Of a stretch of DNA of 64,000 nt, positions 25,028 through 37,317 are shown in pieces. This stretch comes from Enoplolaimus lenunculus (taxonomy: Eukaryota). The translations under genes and the position numbers were made by a program. The notes under the pieces were generated by a model. That model was not told the origin of the DNA and searched no databases. It saw nothing but the letters and a program-made list of their open reading frames with translations. Within the stretch, counting starts at the first letter, position 1, and each line of letters starts with the position of its first letter. The stretch covers positions 186,001 through 250,000 of the forward strand of contig JASANG010000443.1 of assembly GCA_030248215.1 (NCBI GenBank), given 5' to 3'.

Positions 25028-25249
25028 CACTGCAAAAACTGGTGAGTCAAATTGACTCTCTCCGAAATAGGCTTTTCCGCACTACACAAACTGAGTCAAA
25101 TTCGACTCCGCCAGAGTCAAATTTGACTCACTGCGCGACTTAGTTTGGTCAAATGAAACTCTGACGGAGTCGAATTTTGACTCATGTTTGTGTAGTTCAC
25201 AAAAGCCTATTTCGGAGACAGTCAATTTGACTCACCATTTTTTGCAGTG
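25028..25249. mobile_element. CACTG MITE family B (near-palindromic), representative
   Basis: CACTGCAAAAA.TGGTGAGTCAAATTGACTCTCTCCGAAATAGGC with its reverse complement at the other end; TSD CA/CA. Other copies lie at ~7961-8166, 13368-13568, 23311-23509, 46257-46473, 52404-52607 and 57149-57358 (TSD TG/TG). Confidence 0.9.
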
Positions 25250-25967
25250 CACTGGACTGAACTGGTTTCAGGTTTAGGCTTAGGCTGATGCTAAAAAGTT
25301 TTTATTGACGTCGAAGTTAAGCAGATATTAATTTCCAACAGTCGTTTTTGTTTTCATTTACGTTTTTAATTGATTTTTCTCTAAAAATTCGTCATCCACG
25401 AGCCTTTGGGTAAATAAACAGAAGCAAGACACTGCCCAAAAAAAGACTGACAGCGTATGAGAGCCGACCGGAAATTATTTTTAACTCAACACAGAAGACA
25501 GCCTGCAATGACGTACGGACGTATTAAATGAAAAATATAAATATTCTGCCGAAAAAAATGTTTTTGAGAAGGTTTATGGTACACAGTAAATCACAGCGAA
25601 TTGATTTTAATTCAGAATGAGTTGAATTGATGAGTCTGAATTAGGTGTTTCAGAACTTATACACTGTAAATTTCAATGAGTTGATTAATCAATTCAGCTA
25701 GCGAGTTGGTTATTTCTGAATCAATATCTGTAACGATTAATTCACTCTGAGTTGAGTTGATTCTTACTCTGAGTTGAGTTGACTCTAGTTCGGTTGATTA
25801 ATTAACTCAGAATGAATTGAATCAACTCAAAATTCTGAGTTGTGATAGTCCTAACTCAGACTGAGTAATTAAACTCATTCTGAGTTAAAATCAACTCACT
25901 GACATTTACAGTGTACAACTTTGAAGTGATTGAAATCATTCCAAGTTAGTCAACTCACCTGGAATTA

Positions 25968-26395
25968 CTGTAGGGAACCGAATAAGAGGGCGTGTGGTAA
26001 TAAGAGGGGGTCCCCATTTTGAGTCTCAATCAATAGGAGTCCGTATCCCTAATAAGAGTCTGTAAGCGGATAGAGTCCCTAAATCCTAATTAGAGTCCAT
26101 GAAGGTAGTTATATGACTTCAGGACCAAATACAATTGAGTTCGAATCTTTAAAGCGTGTTTAAATTTTGAAAGTACATTGCAAAGTATAACCTTGCATGA
26201 TCGCTCAAGTTCCTGACGCAAGAAAAATAAACGTTTAAGTCAACAGATAGTTGCAGTACCGGATATATATCAGTAACGAAGGGCGGCGTAGCGTGGGTTA
26301 AACAGAAATAACAGTCCGCAGCCGAATAACAAGGGGGGTACCCTTTGAAGAGGCCAAATAAATATCAGTCCCCTCTCTTATTCGGGTCACTACAG
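25968..26395. mobile_element. TA-flanked MITE (Tc1/mariner-like)
   Basis: TA|CTGTAGGGAACCGAATAAGAG..CTTATTCGGGTCACTACAG|TA. An inverted full copy is at 35884-36301 and a partial copy at ~4112-4250. Confidence 0.8.
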
Positions 26396-27635
26396 TAATA
26401 AATCAGCTCAGAGTGAGTTAATGTTTACTGTTATTAACTCAAAAATAACCAGAAATGATCAATTCGTTCTCTGAATTGATTAACTCGCTGAAATATACAG
26501 TGTTGAATGTGATTGTCGTCCTTCGGGAGAGATTCATTTTTCATTATGTATAGAGTCGTTTAAATTAATACCTACACTATTAATCAATTCAGCTAGCGAG
26601 TAGGTTATTTTTGAATTAATATCAGTAAACATTAGTTCGCTCTGAGTTGATTTGATTGTCACTCTGAGTTTAGTTGACTCTGGGTGAGTTAATTAATTTA
26701 CTCAGAATGATTGAATCGACTTCCAAATTCTGAGTTCTGATAGTCCTAATTCAGACTGAGTAATTTAACGAAATTTACAGTGTACCATCACCACTTGCCC
26801 ACACTGCTTACGCTTTGCAGAGATTTTGTACTGCACATACGAGCAATAATTTCAAAACACTGTACATTGTCTATCAGGCAACAACTTAGGATTCTTCTGT
26901 CTCTGGAAGAATTTTTGTCGGAAGTACCGGCAATTATGGTAGTGAAATATTTGACATTTTTATAAAAATTATGCGGTTCTAGTGGCGGGGCAGCTGGGGT
27001 GGGGGAGGGCTATAGACGGATCCTTGAAATTTTGAAGTCAGAAAATTTTGCACATAAACGATTCATGGCTGAAATAGTGAGGTCCAAAGGAACAAATTAT
27101 TAAAATTGCATTTAGATTCTGGGTCGCTTCGCTCGCGAGGTTATATCCACAATTAGCTGCCGTGCCCCCTATGTGGCCATTTTACCTTTGGCTTACCGTG
27201 TGTATTCCAATGCGTTAATTAATCAACTCAGACGGAAAGTTAGTTATTTCTGAATTAATAACAGCAAGTTTTAACTCACTCTGGGTGGAGTTGATTCTCA
27301 CTGTGAGTTGATTTGATTCCGGGAAAGTTGATTAATTTAATCAGAATGAGTGATATTAATTCAGAATTATGAGTTCTGATAGTTCTAACTCAGACTAAGT
27401 GATTCAACTCAGTCTGAGTTGAAATCAACTCATTAGAATTTACAGTGTAGCTGCTGGGCCACTGTTTCGTTCAACGAGTTTTTTCGTAACTGTGCTTCAT
27501 CTCCAGCTCAATTCATAACGTCCGGTTCCGTTTTATCGGTTCCGGTTTCACAATGTGGTACCATTCGATGTTTGTCCGTTGAATGGCACATAGAATAGAA
27601 TGAGCGTTGCAGGAAAGGGTTAATAGTTACTTTAA

Positions 27636-27898
27636 CCCTTTCTCACATAAATATTTTCTGTTTCCCTTGATACCTACTTTTATGCTAGCATTCGAACTCC
27701 AGTGACTGGAGTGTGAGGCGTATACCATCACCACTCAGCTATAGGAGCTTGACGCTCGAGCCCGAGGGGGCTCTCACGTCTTGTAGTGATTTAGTACTAC
27801 GTATACGTGTTGCAATTGTTAAACACTATGCGATATATATTATTTAACGTATATACACTGCGCTGAGTTGCCTATGGGCAATTCAATGTGAGAAGGGG
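27636..27898 (-). mobile_element. piggyBac-like MITE carrying tRNA-type Pol III A/B boxes
   Basis: TTAA|CCCTTTCTCACAT..ATGTGAGAAGGGG|TTAA; the minus strand has TAGCTGAGTGG and GAGTTCGAAT. Confidence 0.85.
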
Positions 27899-29102
27899 TT
27901 AAAACTACAAAATACGCATCATAACAAGTCAAATATGCAAAAAATTTTCAAAATCCAACTGTTCACATTAATCGGTCACAGGTTTTTTCATTGAATCACA
28001 ATTTAAACCAGTTAAATCACCGCTAACATGTATTTACCAATTAGATGCCAGGAACCACAAAAAATGTGGTTATTCAGGTTGGTCAAAAACTTGTCGCAGT
28101 TTGTGTTGTGGACCCCCTCCGAAGCTGGGCAGCGATTTTTTAAACATTTTTTAAATTATGCTTCAACGGCGTCTGGGCTCACGTAAAAATGTAACATATT
28201 TTAAAAAATATGTTTTTGAATACGGCGAACCGAGAGCAGGGGTAAAAGGACCGTCGCATCGTATATATGTGTATATGTATATATCAGGGTTTCACCGGGA
28301 ATCCTGTTCCCGGGAAACATTCAATTCCTGTTCTTGTTCCTGTTCCGGCAACATTTGGTTCCTGTTAAACCACATATATATATACATATATGCTATATAT
28401 ATGTATATATACATATATATAATATATATGTATGTATATATATAGATATAGATATATATAAATGTATATATAAATTAAGTGGTTTGTTTTGTCAAAGTAC
28501 ACCCAACAATGCACAGTGGGACCATTTATTTTTCACTACGTCACTTGTATTTGACAGACATTTTACAGTTAAATGTGTTTTATTTAACACAATTATTCAA
28601 AGAATAATTGTATGCACTTGAGAGATAATTTAGGTTCAGTAAAAGTTACCAAATCGGAACAGTTCTGAGGATTACACAAGTTACTGGTGATGGTGATTTA
28701 AAGAAAGTATGGGCGGAGGGGAGGTATGCGTGCAAGACATAATATATAAATTTTATGAACAAATTGAAGACAGTGCTCGTACACCTACACGGTTAATAAT
28801 GAAGTTATGGATGTTGTAGTCTAAAAAAAATTTTTGTTCGTCAAAGACTTTTGCGTAAGAATAAGACTATACTTATGCGTAAGTAAGCCTAAGCCTAAGT
28901 ATAAAAATTAGTCCAAAGCTGAAGCTTACTATATTGCCGTCCCGCAATAGAAAAACGTTCCGCGTCTGATCTTTGTGATGAGTCATAATTAAGAATTGGT
29001 TTTATTGTGTTATCTTTTGAAAACTTAGTAAAAACCCATATGTTATGAAATAAAAACATTGTTTCAACATAAGCTTGGTTTTGTTAAGTTACAAATATTT
29101 AA

Positions 29103-29364
29103 CCTTTTCTCACATGAATATTTTCTATTTTCCCTGAGACCTACTTTTATGCTTGGATTCGAACTCCAGTGTCTGAAGTGGGAGGCGTATACCATCACTA
29201 CTCAGCTATAAGAGCTTGACGCTCGAGCCCTAGGGGGCTCTCACGTCTTGTGGTGATTTAGTACCATGTATACGTGTTGCAATTGTTAACACGGTGCGAT
29301 ATATACTATTTAACGTATATACACTGCGCTGAGTTGCCTACAGGCAACTCAATGTGAGAAGGGG
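29103..29364 (-). mobile_element. piggyBac-like tRNA-box MITE copy, followed by a partial tandem copy (~29390-29583)
   Basis: Same sequence as 27636-27898; flanks are TTAA/TTAT. Confidence 0.85.
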
Positions 29365-31014
29365 TTATAGATAGTAAACTGAAAATTTTTCGTTCCCCTG
29401 AGACCTACTTTTATGCTGAGATTCGAACTCCAGTGACTGGAGTGGGAGGCGTATACCATCACCACTCAGCTATAGGAGCTTGACGCTCGAGCCCTAGGGG
29501 GCTCTCACGTCTTGTGGTGAAGACCAAACCAAAAACACGGCAACACTGACTGGAGTGGCGAGGCAACTCAATGTGAGAAGGGGATAAAATTCTTTAAATT
29601 AATATATAATATCTTAAAGTTCAAAATACATTAAATTATTAAGACATTACGTTTTTGACCACATCTAAATTTTCAAAATAGCAACAATCGTGCAGTGAGT
29701 CGTACCCGTGGCCAAGTGCGGCTCAGCTCCGACCTGGGAAGATTTTGCCTTCCCTGGAAAATTTGCTTGTAAGCCATTGAAAATTTTTTATGTTCCTCTT
29801 GAATATTTTTCAGCCCGCCCCTCAAGCAAGGTGAGCTGGCTACGGGGCCTACTATGGGCGCTTGTGTAAAAATTTTAACAAACACGTGATACGAATCATA
29901 CTTTTCTGATTATATTTAGCTATGTAATTTATAATTATTTTCATAGTTTTTATAATGAAAACATTTTTCCAATCACTTGACTTATTAATATTTATCGCTT
30001 CTGTTCCCAACACCTGATGCAGTATTGTAACACCAGATCAAAGATCACGCAAAATTGTTGAATTTTTAACATTTTCGCGTGAGAAATTAGAAACTAAAGT
30101 AAAATTTTTAGTTTTATAATTTGTGAATTTGATACTTTTACTATTTTAAGTAAAATACGCAATTACCTAACCTGGAAAGTGTTAAATATAGTTTCATCAA
30201 CCCGGCAGATTCAGTTTGACGGGTGGGGCGAGTTTGGAGACTCACCAAGCGAGTACACGCAAACTCTACACTGTAAATTTTAGTGAGTTGATTTTAACTC
30301 AGAATGAGTTATATCACTCAATCTGAGTTAGGACTATCAGAACTCAGAGTTCTGATTCAATTTAACTCATTCTGAGTTAATTAATCATAACTCAGCAGAA
30401 ATCAGCTCAACTCAGAGTGAGAATCAACTCAACTCATATTAAGTTAATAATGTTTAATAATATTAATTCAAAAATAACTAACTCACTAGTTGAGTTGTTT
30501 AAGCAGCTCATTACAGTTTACAGTGTAAGGTGGTCCAATAAAATTATAATACGTTAGCGATATATCTTTTGCTTAGGCGATACGACTAAGTCATCCTTGT
30601 TTTGCCCGCCCTCCCCTTTTATCCGCCTTGACTCGGGGTTCATAGTTGCCGCTGGACAGTCCTTGTGTCTTAAAAACGTCAATCGTATAGATCTGTCAAC
30701 TGCAAGCTGAATTTAAAATTTTCATAGGGGGGACAAAATTATTCTAAGAGTAGGGTTGCACCCCTTGGCTCTCTCTGGCTATGGATCTGATTCAGTAGTT
30801 TTAACTTTAACTTAGTCATTTTGTCATGTTTATAGTTTTTTTTCAATTTGTGCAGGTTTGCAGGTTTATAAACTGGATTGTAAACCATTTTTACCGCTGA
30901 AAAATAATTTTCTCGTTTTCTACGCTCGTTTGCTCTTAGTTTCTGGAAATGAAATTCTGGCATCTTTCATTTGTTGCGTTGCTTAAAAGTTGTTTACATC
31001 TAATTGGCGTAAAA

Positions 31015-31278
31015 CCCTTTCTCACATGAATATTTTCAAATTCAAATGAGACACAATTTCATGGTAAGATTCGATCGCCAGTCTCACGGGTGGGAGGCGT
31101 TCGCGATGACCACTGAGCTATAGGAGCTTGACGCTCTAGCCCGAGGGGGCTCTCATGTCTTGTGGAGATTTTGCACTGCGCATATATGTTAGAATTGTTA
31201 AACAGTGCTCACAGTGTCTAGTATTGTTTGTATAATATTGTATTTAGTTGCTCATGGTATACTCTGTGAGTAAGACGG
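31015..31278 (-). mobile_element. Diverged piggyBac-like tRNA-box MITE copy
   Basis: CCCTTTCTCACATGAATATTTTC start, shared CCACTGAGCTATAGGAGCTTGACGCTC core, TTAA on the right. Confidence 0.7.
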
Positions 31279-31372
31279 TTAAAATTTATGTTCTGTCGGG
31301 TTCCAGGTAAGAAATTGCCCGTCAGCTACGTTTGCATCCAAACAAGTTTTTTAGAAAGGACTATGTAGACAT

Positions 31373-31775
31373 CAGGGGCATGTTAGGATGTCCTCCGGTG
31401 TAGGGTGTCGGGGGACAGGCAGCCCAGCCCATGTGTGCCACACTTCCCAGACATAACGACTCTGTGCGACAGTCACGATCTTGTGTGGACTGGCCGTCCT
31501 TTGTGCTTGAGAAACAGGGCTGAATAGCCACCCAGGCCGAACCTGGTCCGGCGTGCAGCCACCACGGTACACCATATTGGCACTGTAGCCAGCCACCACC
31601 TTAGGTGACTACAGAGTCGTGCGCCACTACGACACACAGCCCTGCTCATCTCCCAGCTAAGACCTGAGAGCGAACGCAATTGTGCAATTGGCGATGAAAT
31701 ATCGGACCAGCTGGTGGTCGAACCCCGGCCTCTCGCTGGCAAGCCGGACATGCTACCCACTACACCACTTGCCCG
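31373..31775 (-). mobile_element. GC-rich tRNA-derived SINE-like element
   Basis: Minus-strand head GGGCAAGTGGTGTAGTGGGTAGCATG...GGCCGGGGTTCGACC (A and B boxes), followed by a ~330-bp GC-rich non-coding body. The 3' boundary is approximate. Confidence 0.6.
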
Positions 31776-31921
31776 TGATATCACAAGGCCAATTGCACCA
31801 CCATATTACTGGGCGGAAAGTTTTTTGCGGAACGTGCCTAGGTGTTAAGCACATTCTAACGCTTAGTCTTAGCATTAGGCTTACGCTCAAGCTTAGGATT
31901 ATGCTTACACTACTGTCACGG

Positions 31922-33604
31922 TGTCGCATAAAAAAATGACCCCCGGGCATATTTTCTTTGGGGTTCGATTTGCATAACAATGTCATGTGAAAAAATAATC
32001 CCCACTAAAACAGACCCCCGGTTGTTCTTACATCGCCAATATAGGAATGAAATGTTGACCCCCATGAAAAAAATGACCCCCGTTGCGATGCAGCCAAAAG
32101 TTGCATCAGGAATGACTCGGCACTGCTTACTAAATAAATCCGCTAACTATAACGCCCGTCATTCAATACACTTGCAGATGTCTAATGTGCACACTATGAA
32201 ATTGAGCGAAATGAACAGTTCGCATAGTTGTTTATATGCTTGTTCGGGTTTAAGTCTTTGCGTTTATGATCATGTAAATTTAGTACGCATGATTGTGTTA
32301 AAATTAGTATCGACATCGGTATCGGCATAGGTTTGGCGTCGGCAAACTTTAAAAATAAAACAATCGGTATAGACATTGGCAAAACTTTGAAGCAAACATA
32401 TCACTATTTTCTAGTTGTGGTTTAGACATTGTTAACTAACAGGCCACATATCTCCGAGAGAAATGGCTAATACTTCACACATTCCGTACTCAGAAATAAA
32501 AAAGCTATCTGGAAACCATTAATGCTAACTTAGGCACTAGCTGGGGGAGTGTATTGAACCAATCTCGAATGCCCGTGGAAAAATTCCTCTGAAATTGGAT
32601 TTGAGGGGGTGTGGAAACCCTAGGTACGCCCCATAGTTTTTCCGTAAGATGACGTTGAAATATGTAACACTGCCATTCGCGAACATTAAATATTTGAAGC
32701 GGTTTTGGTTTTTAGCAACGCGTTCCTTATTTGGTTCCATGTTAAGATTAGGAGCGGAACGTTTTTCTGTGAGACTACAATAGAGTAAGCGTAAGCTTTA
32801 TACTAATTTTTTGATTTGCTTAAACTTAGTAGGCTATTAAGGCTCAGGAATATGCTCATTCTTACGCTTAGGCTTAGGCTTAGGAATATGCTTATAATAC
32901 TGTTCCGCATCTGTTCTTTACATTGGCCCTTATTTGTAATCAGACATCTTAGGTATAAAATACACCGACAAGTAAACCGCCACCCTTAACGACGCAGTGA
33001 TGTTGGCCCTTCAAACCAAAATCCTGGCTCTGCCAATGTATGTGTTTGTTATGTAAAATTTGCAGTAAGTTTTTTCTTGAACTTAAAAATTAGCTTCATC
33101 GTTTGTTCTTCAAATGATGAACGGTAAGAGTGGTTTGTTTAGTTTTGTTATCTAAATTAAGCTTTCACTGTGCTTAAGAATATTAGCTAGCGGGAAGCAA
33201 TTTATTTTCCCACAGAATATTTTAGCACAGTTGTGTGTAAACCTGACCGTGGGTCTCTGTTTTAACGGGGGGGGGTCATTTTTTCACGCGACGCTGTGTA
33301 AAAACGACCGGGGCAATGGCGGATCCATGGGGGGGCCACCTCGGCCGTGGCCCCCCCAACAGCATCTCGACAAAAATTATATAGCAATTTTATGACAATA
33401 ATTCGTGGTTTGTGTGCGGGTCAAAAGTAAGTTTATTACCTGTGAAATTTTGCCCCCCCATTTTGACATCATGGATCCGCTACTGGACCGGGGATCTCTT
33501 TTTAGTGGGGGTAATTTTTTCACACGACAGTACTATAAAATTCGGACCCTCATGAAAATATGCCCGGGGGTCATTTTTAGGGGAGGTATATTTTTCATGC
33601 GACA
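31922..33604. mobile_element. Second Ginger1-like non-autonomous element
   Basis: TGTCGCAT..ATGCGACA termini, TIRs over 100 bp with AAAAATGACCCC motifs, 4-bp TSD ACGG/GCGG. It interrupts a TTAGGC MITE and itself contains a TTAGGC MITE (32734-32928, TSD CTTATTTG) and a hAT-like MITE. Confidence 0.7.
33314..33485. mobile_element. hAT-like MITE
   Basis: CAATGGCGGATCC..GGATCCGCTACTG with 8-bp TSD GACCGGGG/GACCGGGA; a related copy lies at ~24282-24953. Confidence 0.75.
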
Positions 33605-34608
33605 GCGGTCCTGTTGTATAGATTGGCAGAACTTATGTACAGTCCAGAATTCAAGTGATAGTTGATAATTTCAAAGAAATGTCTTTGTATAGAATATCGT
33701 ATCACCCCCAGGGACCTACAGGCACGCAACGAACAATTATTGTTTGCTTAGATACACATGTCACATTAAATGATCCCAAGCACCCCCCATACTGTATATA
33801 GCTAAACTAACCTAAATTTCATATTACAGTGCGAGTTAAACAGCGGCTGGATTTCTGAAATCTTACTTTAGTATTCGCTCAAATTAAAGATGTGCAATTA
33901 TTTAAGTCGTCGACTTAAGTAAATATTTAAGTTTTCGAGCAAAAACCAAATATGTAAAATAATGCCAATGTAAGCCATGCTTATAACAGGAAGGTAATAG
34001 TTTTGGTTTATATTAAAGAAGCACTAACAATTTCAATTGAGACCAACGTTAGTATATCTGCTCTGTTAACTTGTTTTATATCAAATTTATTCAGCGCCAT
34101 AAGTGTTTAGCGATTAGTACGCTTTTAAAAACAACAAAATGGTTATGTAATTACTTAGCACGTACTGACGTACTAAATGTTACTCAACGCTCTGCCGCGA
34201 CTGTTTTACATTTGATAATTATATATAACTTTTTAGGTTTGCTATAAAACTTTCAGTTCAATATTGCTGGGTAGACTAGAATGTCTTTTACCCAGAATTG
34301 ATTGCAATATATATATAAATATATATTAATATATATCTATCTATATAATATATATATAAGGTCAGTCCTTAACTATTGTACGTCATAGGGTACTGGGTTA
34401 AAAAGCCATCGAACCATGAGTTGGTTCATTTATCATTTTGCTCTAAGTTTATATAATACCTCCATTCGATTAAATATACCTCGGTGTGGTTACGCATAAT
34501 CAATTGTTAAAATATTTTCATTAATTAACTCTCGAACGTATTTCCGAGGGCAAGAAACACAACGACGCTAATCATTTACGTAGTAAGCCAATTTTGATTT
34601 CGAAGCGG

Positions 34609-35035
34609 GGACCATGTATAGAACACGGCCGGAACGTTTTCCGGCCGGACTGTAATGAAGTAAGCGTGAGCTTTAGGCTAATTTTTTGCTTTAGGTTTAG
34701 GCTTAGGCTAATAGGTATACGCTCATTCTGACCCTTAGGCTTAGGTTTAGGCTTAGCCTTAGGTATAGGCTCATTGTTACGCTTAGGCTTAGGTTTAGGC
34801 TTAGGCTTAGGTATACGCTCATTGTTACGCTTAGGCTTAGGTTTAGGCTTAGGTATACGCTCATTCTTACGCTTAGGCTTAGGTTGAGGCTTAGGCTTAG
34901 GTATACGCTCATTCTTACGCTTAGGCTTAGGTTGAGGCTTAGGCTTAGGTATACGCTCATTCTTACGCTTAGGCTTAGGTTTAGGCTTAGGAATATGCTT
35001 ATACTACTGTTCCGGCCCTGTACTATAGATTGGCC
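34609..35035. mobile_element. TTAGGC MITE with an expanded higher-order (~42-48-bp) internal array
   Basis: TSD CGAAGCGG/CGAAACGG; about 6 tandem units of (TTAGGY)n-TATACGCTCATT(C/G)TTACGC. Confidence 0.9.
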
Positions 35036-35883
35036 CGAAACGGTATAACTTTGCGGACCAGTTTTTGTGGGCAAAAAAGTTTGTTCGGCTGCTGAACATT
35101 CAGTTGGATGCGAATTTTGTCACTGGTTCATGTATCTCATGGGAACATAATTCCCCCACACCTTTACATATCATAATACTGTAAATTTCAGTGGGTTGAT
35201 TTTAACACAGAATGAATTGAATCACCTGAGAAGAATGAGCTCTGACTTAAGTCTTTCAGAACTCAGAATTCTAAATTAGATTGAACTCATCCTGAGTTAA
35301 TTAATCAACTCACTCGTAATTAAATAAGCTCAGAACGAGTTAATATTGACTGTTATATTAAACTCAGAAATAACCAGAAATAACCAATTCTCTCTCTCTG
35401 AGTTGATTAATCAACTCACTGGAATTACAGGGTTTACGATTTTTACATGTTCATCCAAATGTTCCTGGTCTAATTTTCAGAAACAAGACCGCAAGCGTTA
35501 TTCTGAACTCAAGGCCCAAATGGTACACTGTAAATTTTAGTGAGTTGATTTTAACTCAGAATGAATTGAATCACTCAGTGTGAGTTAGGACTATCGGAAC
35601 TAAGAATTTTGAGTTGATTCAATTCAATCGGAGTTAATTAATCAACTCACACAGAGTTAACTCAGCTCAGAGTAAGAATCAACTCAACTCAGAGTGAGTT
35701 ATTGTTTACTGATATTAATTCAGAAATAACCAACTCGCTAGCTGAATTGAATAATCAACTCATTGGAGTTTACAGTGTACGGAAGCCTATTAACGGACCT
35801 GGTTCCACTTTATGAATCTTAAGCCAGATTCCAATGCGAGTACAAAATAGCCATTGTTGGCATTAAACAATTATATACGCGTA

Positions 35884-36301
35884 CTGTAGTGACTCGAATA
35901 AGAGCGTGGACTGATATTTATTTGGCCTCTCCAGAGGGTACCCCCTCTTGTTATTCGGTTGCTGACTGATATTTATTTTCAACCAGCCCTCCGCCTCCAT
36001 TCCTTACTGATATATATCCGGTATTGCAACTATGCGATGAATTAAACGTTTTTTGACTGGCATCCAAAAGCTTGAGCGATAATGCAAGGTTATACTTTGA
36101 AATGTTACTTACTTTCAAAACTTAAGTACACTTTAATGTTTCGAAATCAACTTTATTTGGTCCTGGAGTCATTTATGCACTACAATTAGGGATAATTGAC
36201 CTTTATGCACTCTAATTAGGGTTCAGGGACCTTTATTAGGGATACGGACCCCTATTGATTGAGACTCAAAAGGGGACCCACTCTTATTCGGGTCACTACA
36301 G
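35884..36301. mobile_element. TA-flanked MITE, inverted copy of 25968-26395
   Basis: TA|CTGTAGTGACTCGAATAAGAG..CTCTTATTCGGGTCACTACAG|TA. Confidence 0.85.
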
Positions 36302-36969
36302 TATGCGACATATAAAACCTTCGCAAGACAGGCCCATGTAAACATCATGGATGGAAGTTGTGCTGCGGGTAGCCTAATATTTTGCTTAGTCTTAGGCCTA
36401 TGCTCAAGCTTACGCTTAGGCTTCCCATTCGTACGCTTAGGCTTACTCTTAGGAATATGCTCATACTACTGTAACGACCCTGTTCTATACATTGGCCAGA
36501 AGACCTATAAGCTGATAACTGAACGATCATTGTATATAACCAACTGTCACCCGAGAGTTTAACGTTCGAATTGCAGCTTTATAGTAAATAGCAAACTGCA
36601 TAGAAAATATTCATATGAGAAAGGGTTAAAATTGCATACTGTCAAAAAATCAAAATACTCAATACATCAACGGTTCTTCGTAGTAGTTGAACAATGGTTA
36701 TAATATAATCAGCCATGAGATACGCATTGGTATATTAATATCATCACAACTGCCCCAGAGCGGTTTTCGTTTTTGATTTTCAATATCAAAACCGAGAAAT
36801 TTATATAATATCGGTATGATGTGGGACAGGTAAAAATGCTAAATTATTCATTAGTTCATGTCTTCGCTTCTCATTCGGCGACTTTTTAGCAGAGAATTAA
36901 TATAAGAATAGGACTACAGACCTAAGCCACTCTAATAAGATTTTCCAACAAGTTTTTAGTTGGTTTTAT

Positions 36970-37317
36970 CAAGAGTGGATGATCACCCTTTATAACAAGA
37001 GTGTGCAACTGGGTACAGGCTGTGTATTAAAGAATGTAGCCGGCACGCGTTGCGTTTTTGGCCTACCCCCCTTGTTTAGGGGGGTCTGTATTCAGTTTTA
37101 TATCTAAGTATAAGTGTGATTAAACAACATAGTTAACCCCTCCCCTTAAATGAGGGGGGTAGGTGTACTGAAGCATACTATGTTAATCTTTTGCTTAAAC
37201 CCCTCCCCCTGATTGAGGGGGGTCGAACAAAAATGCAACGCGTGCTGGTACATTTAGTACCATGCGCAGCCCGAGCTGTTGCACACTCTTCTGCAAGGTG
37301 GACATCATCCACTCGTG
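36970..37317. mobile_element. P-like MITE
   Basis: TIR CAAGAGTGGATGAT / ATCATCCACTCGTG with perfect 7-bp TSD GTTTTAT. Confidence 0.8.

Noticed and set aside
34703..35074. LSLSL/LRLRL/LGLGL ORFs here and at 4760, 23120, 42603 and 60404-60913
   Set aside because: Artefacts of translating (TTAGGC)n arrays.
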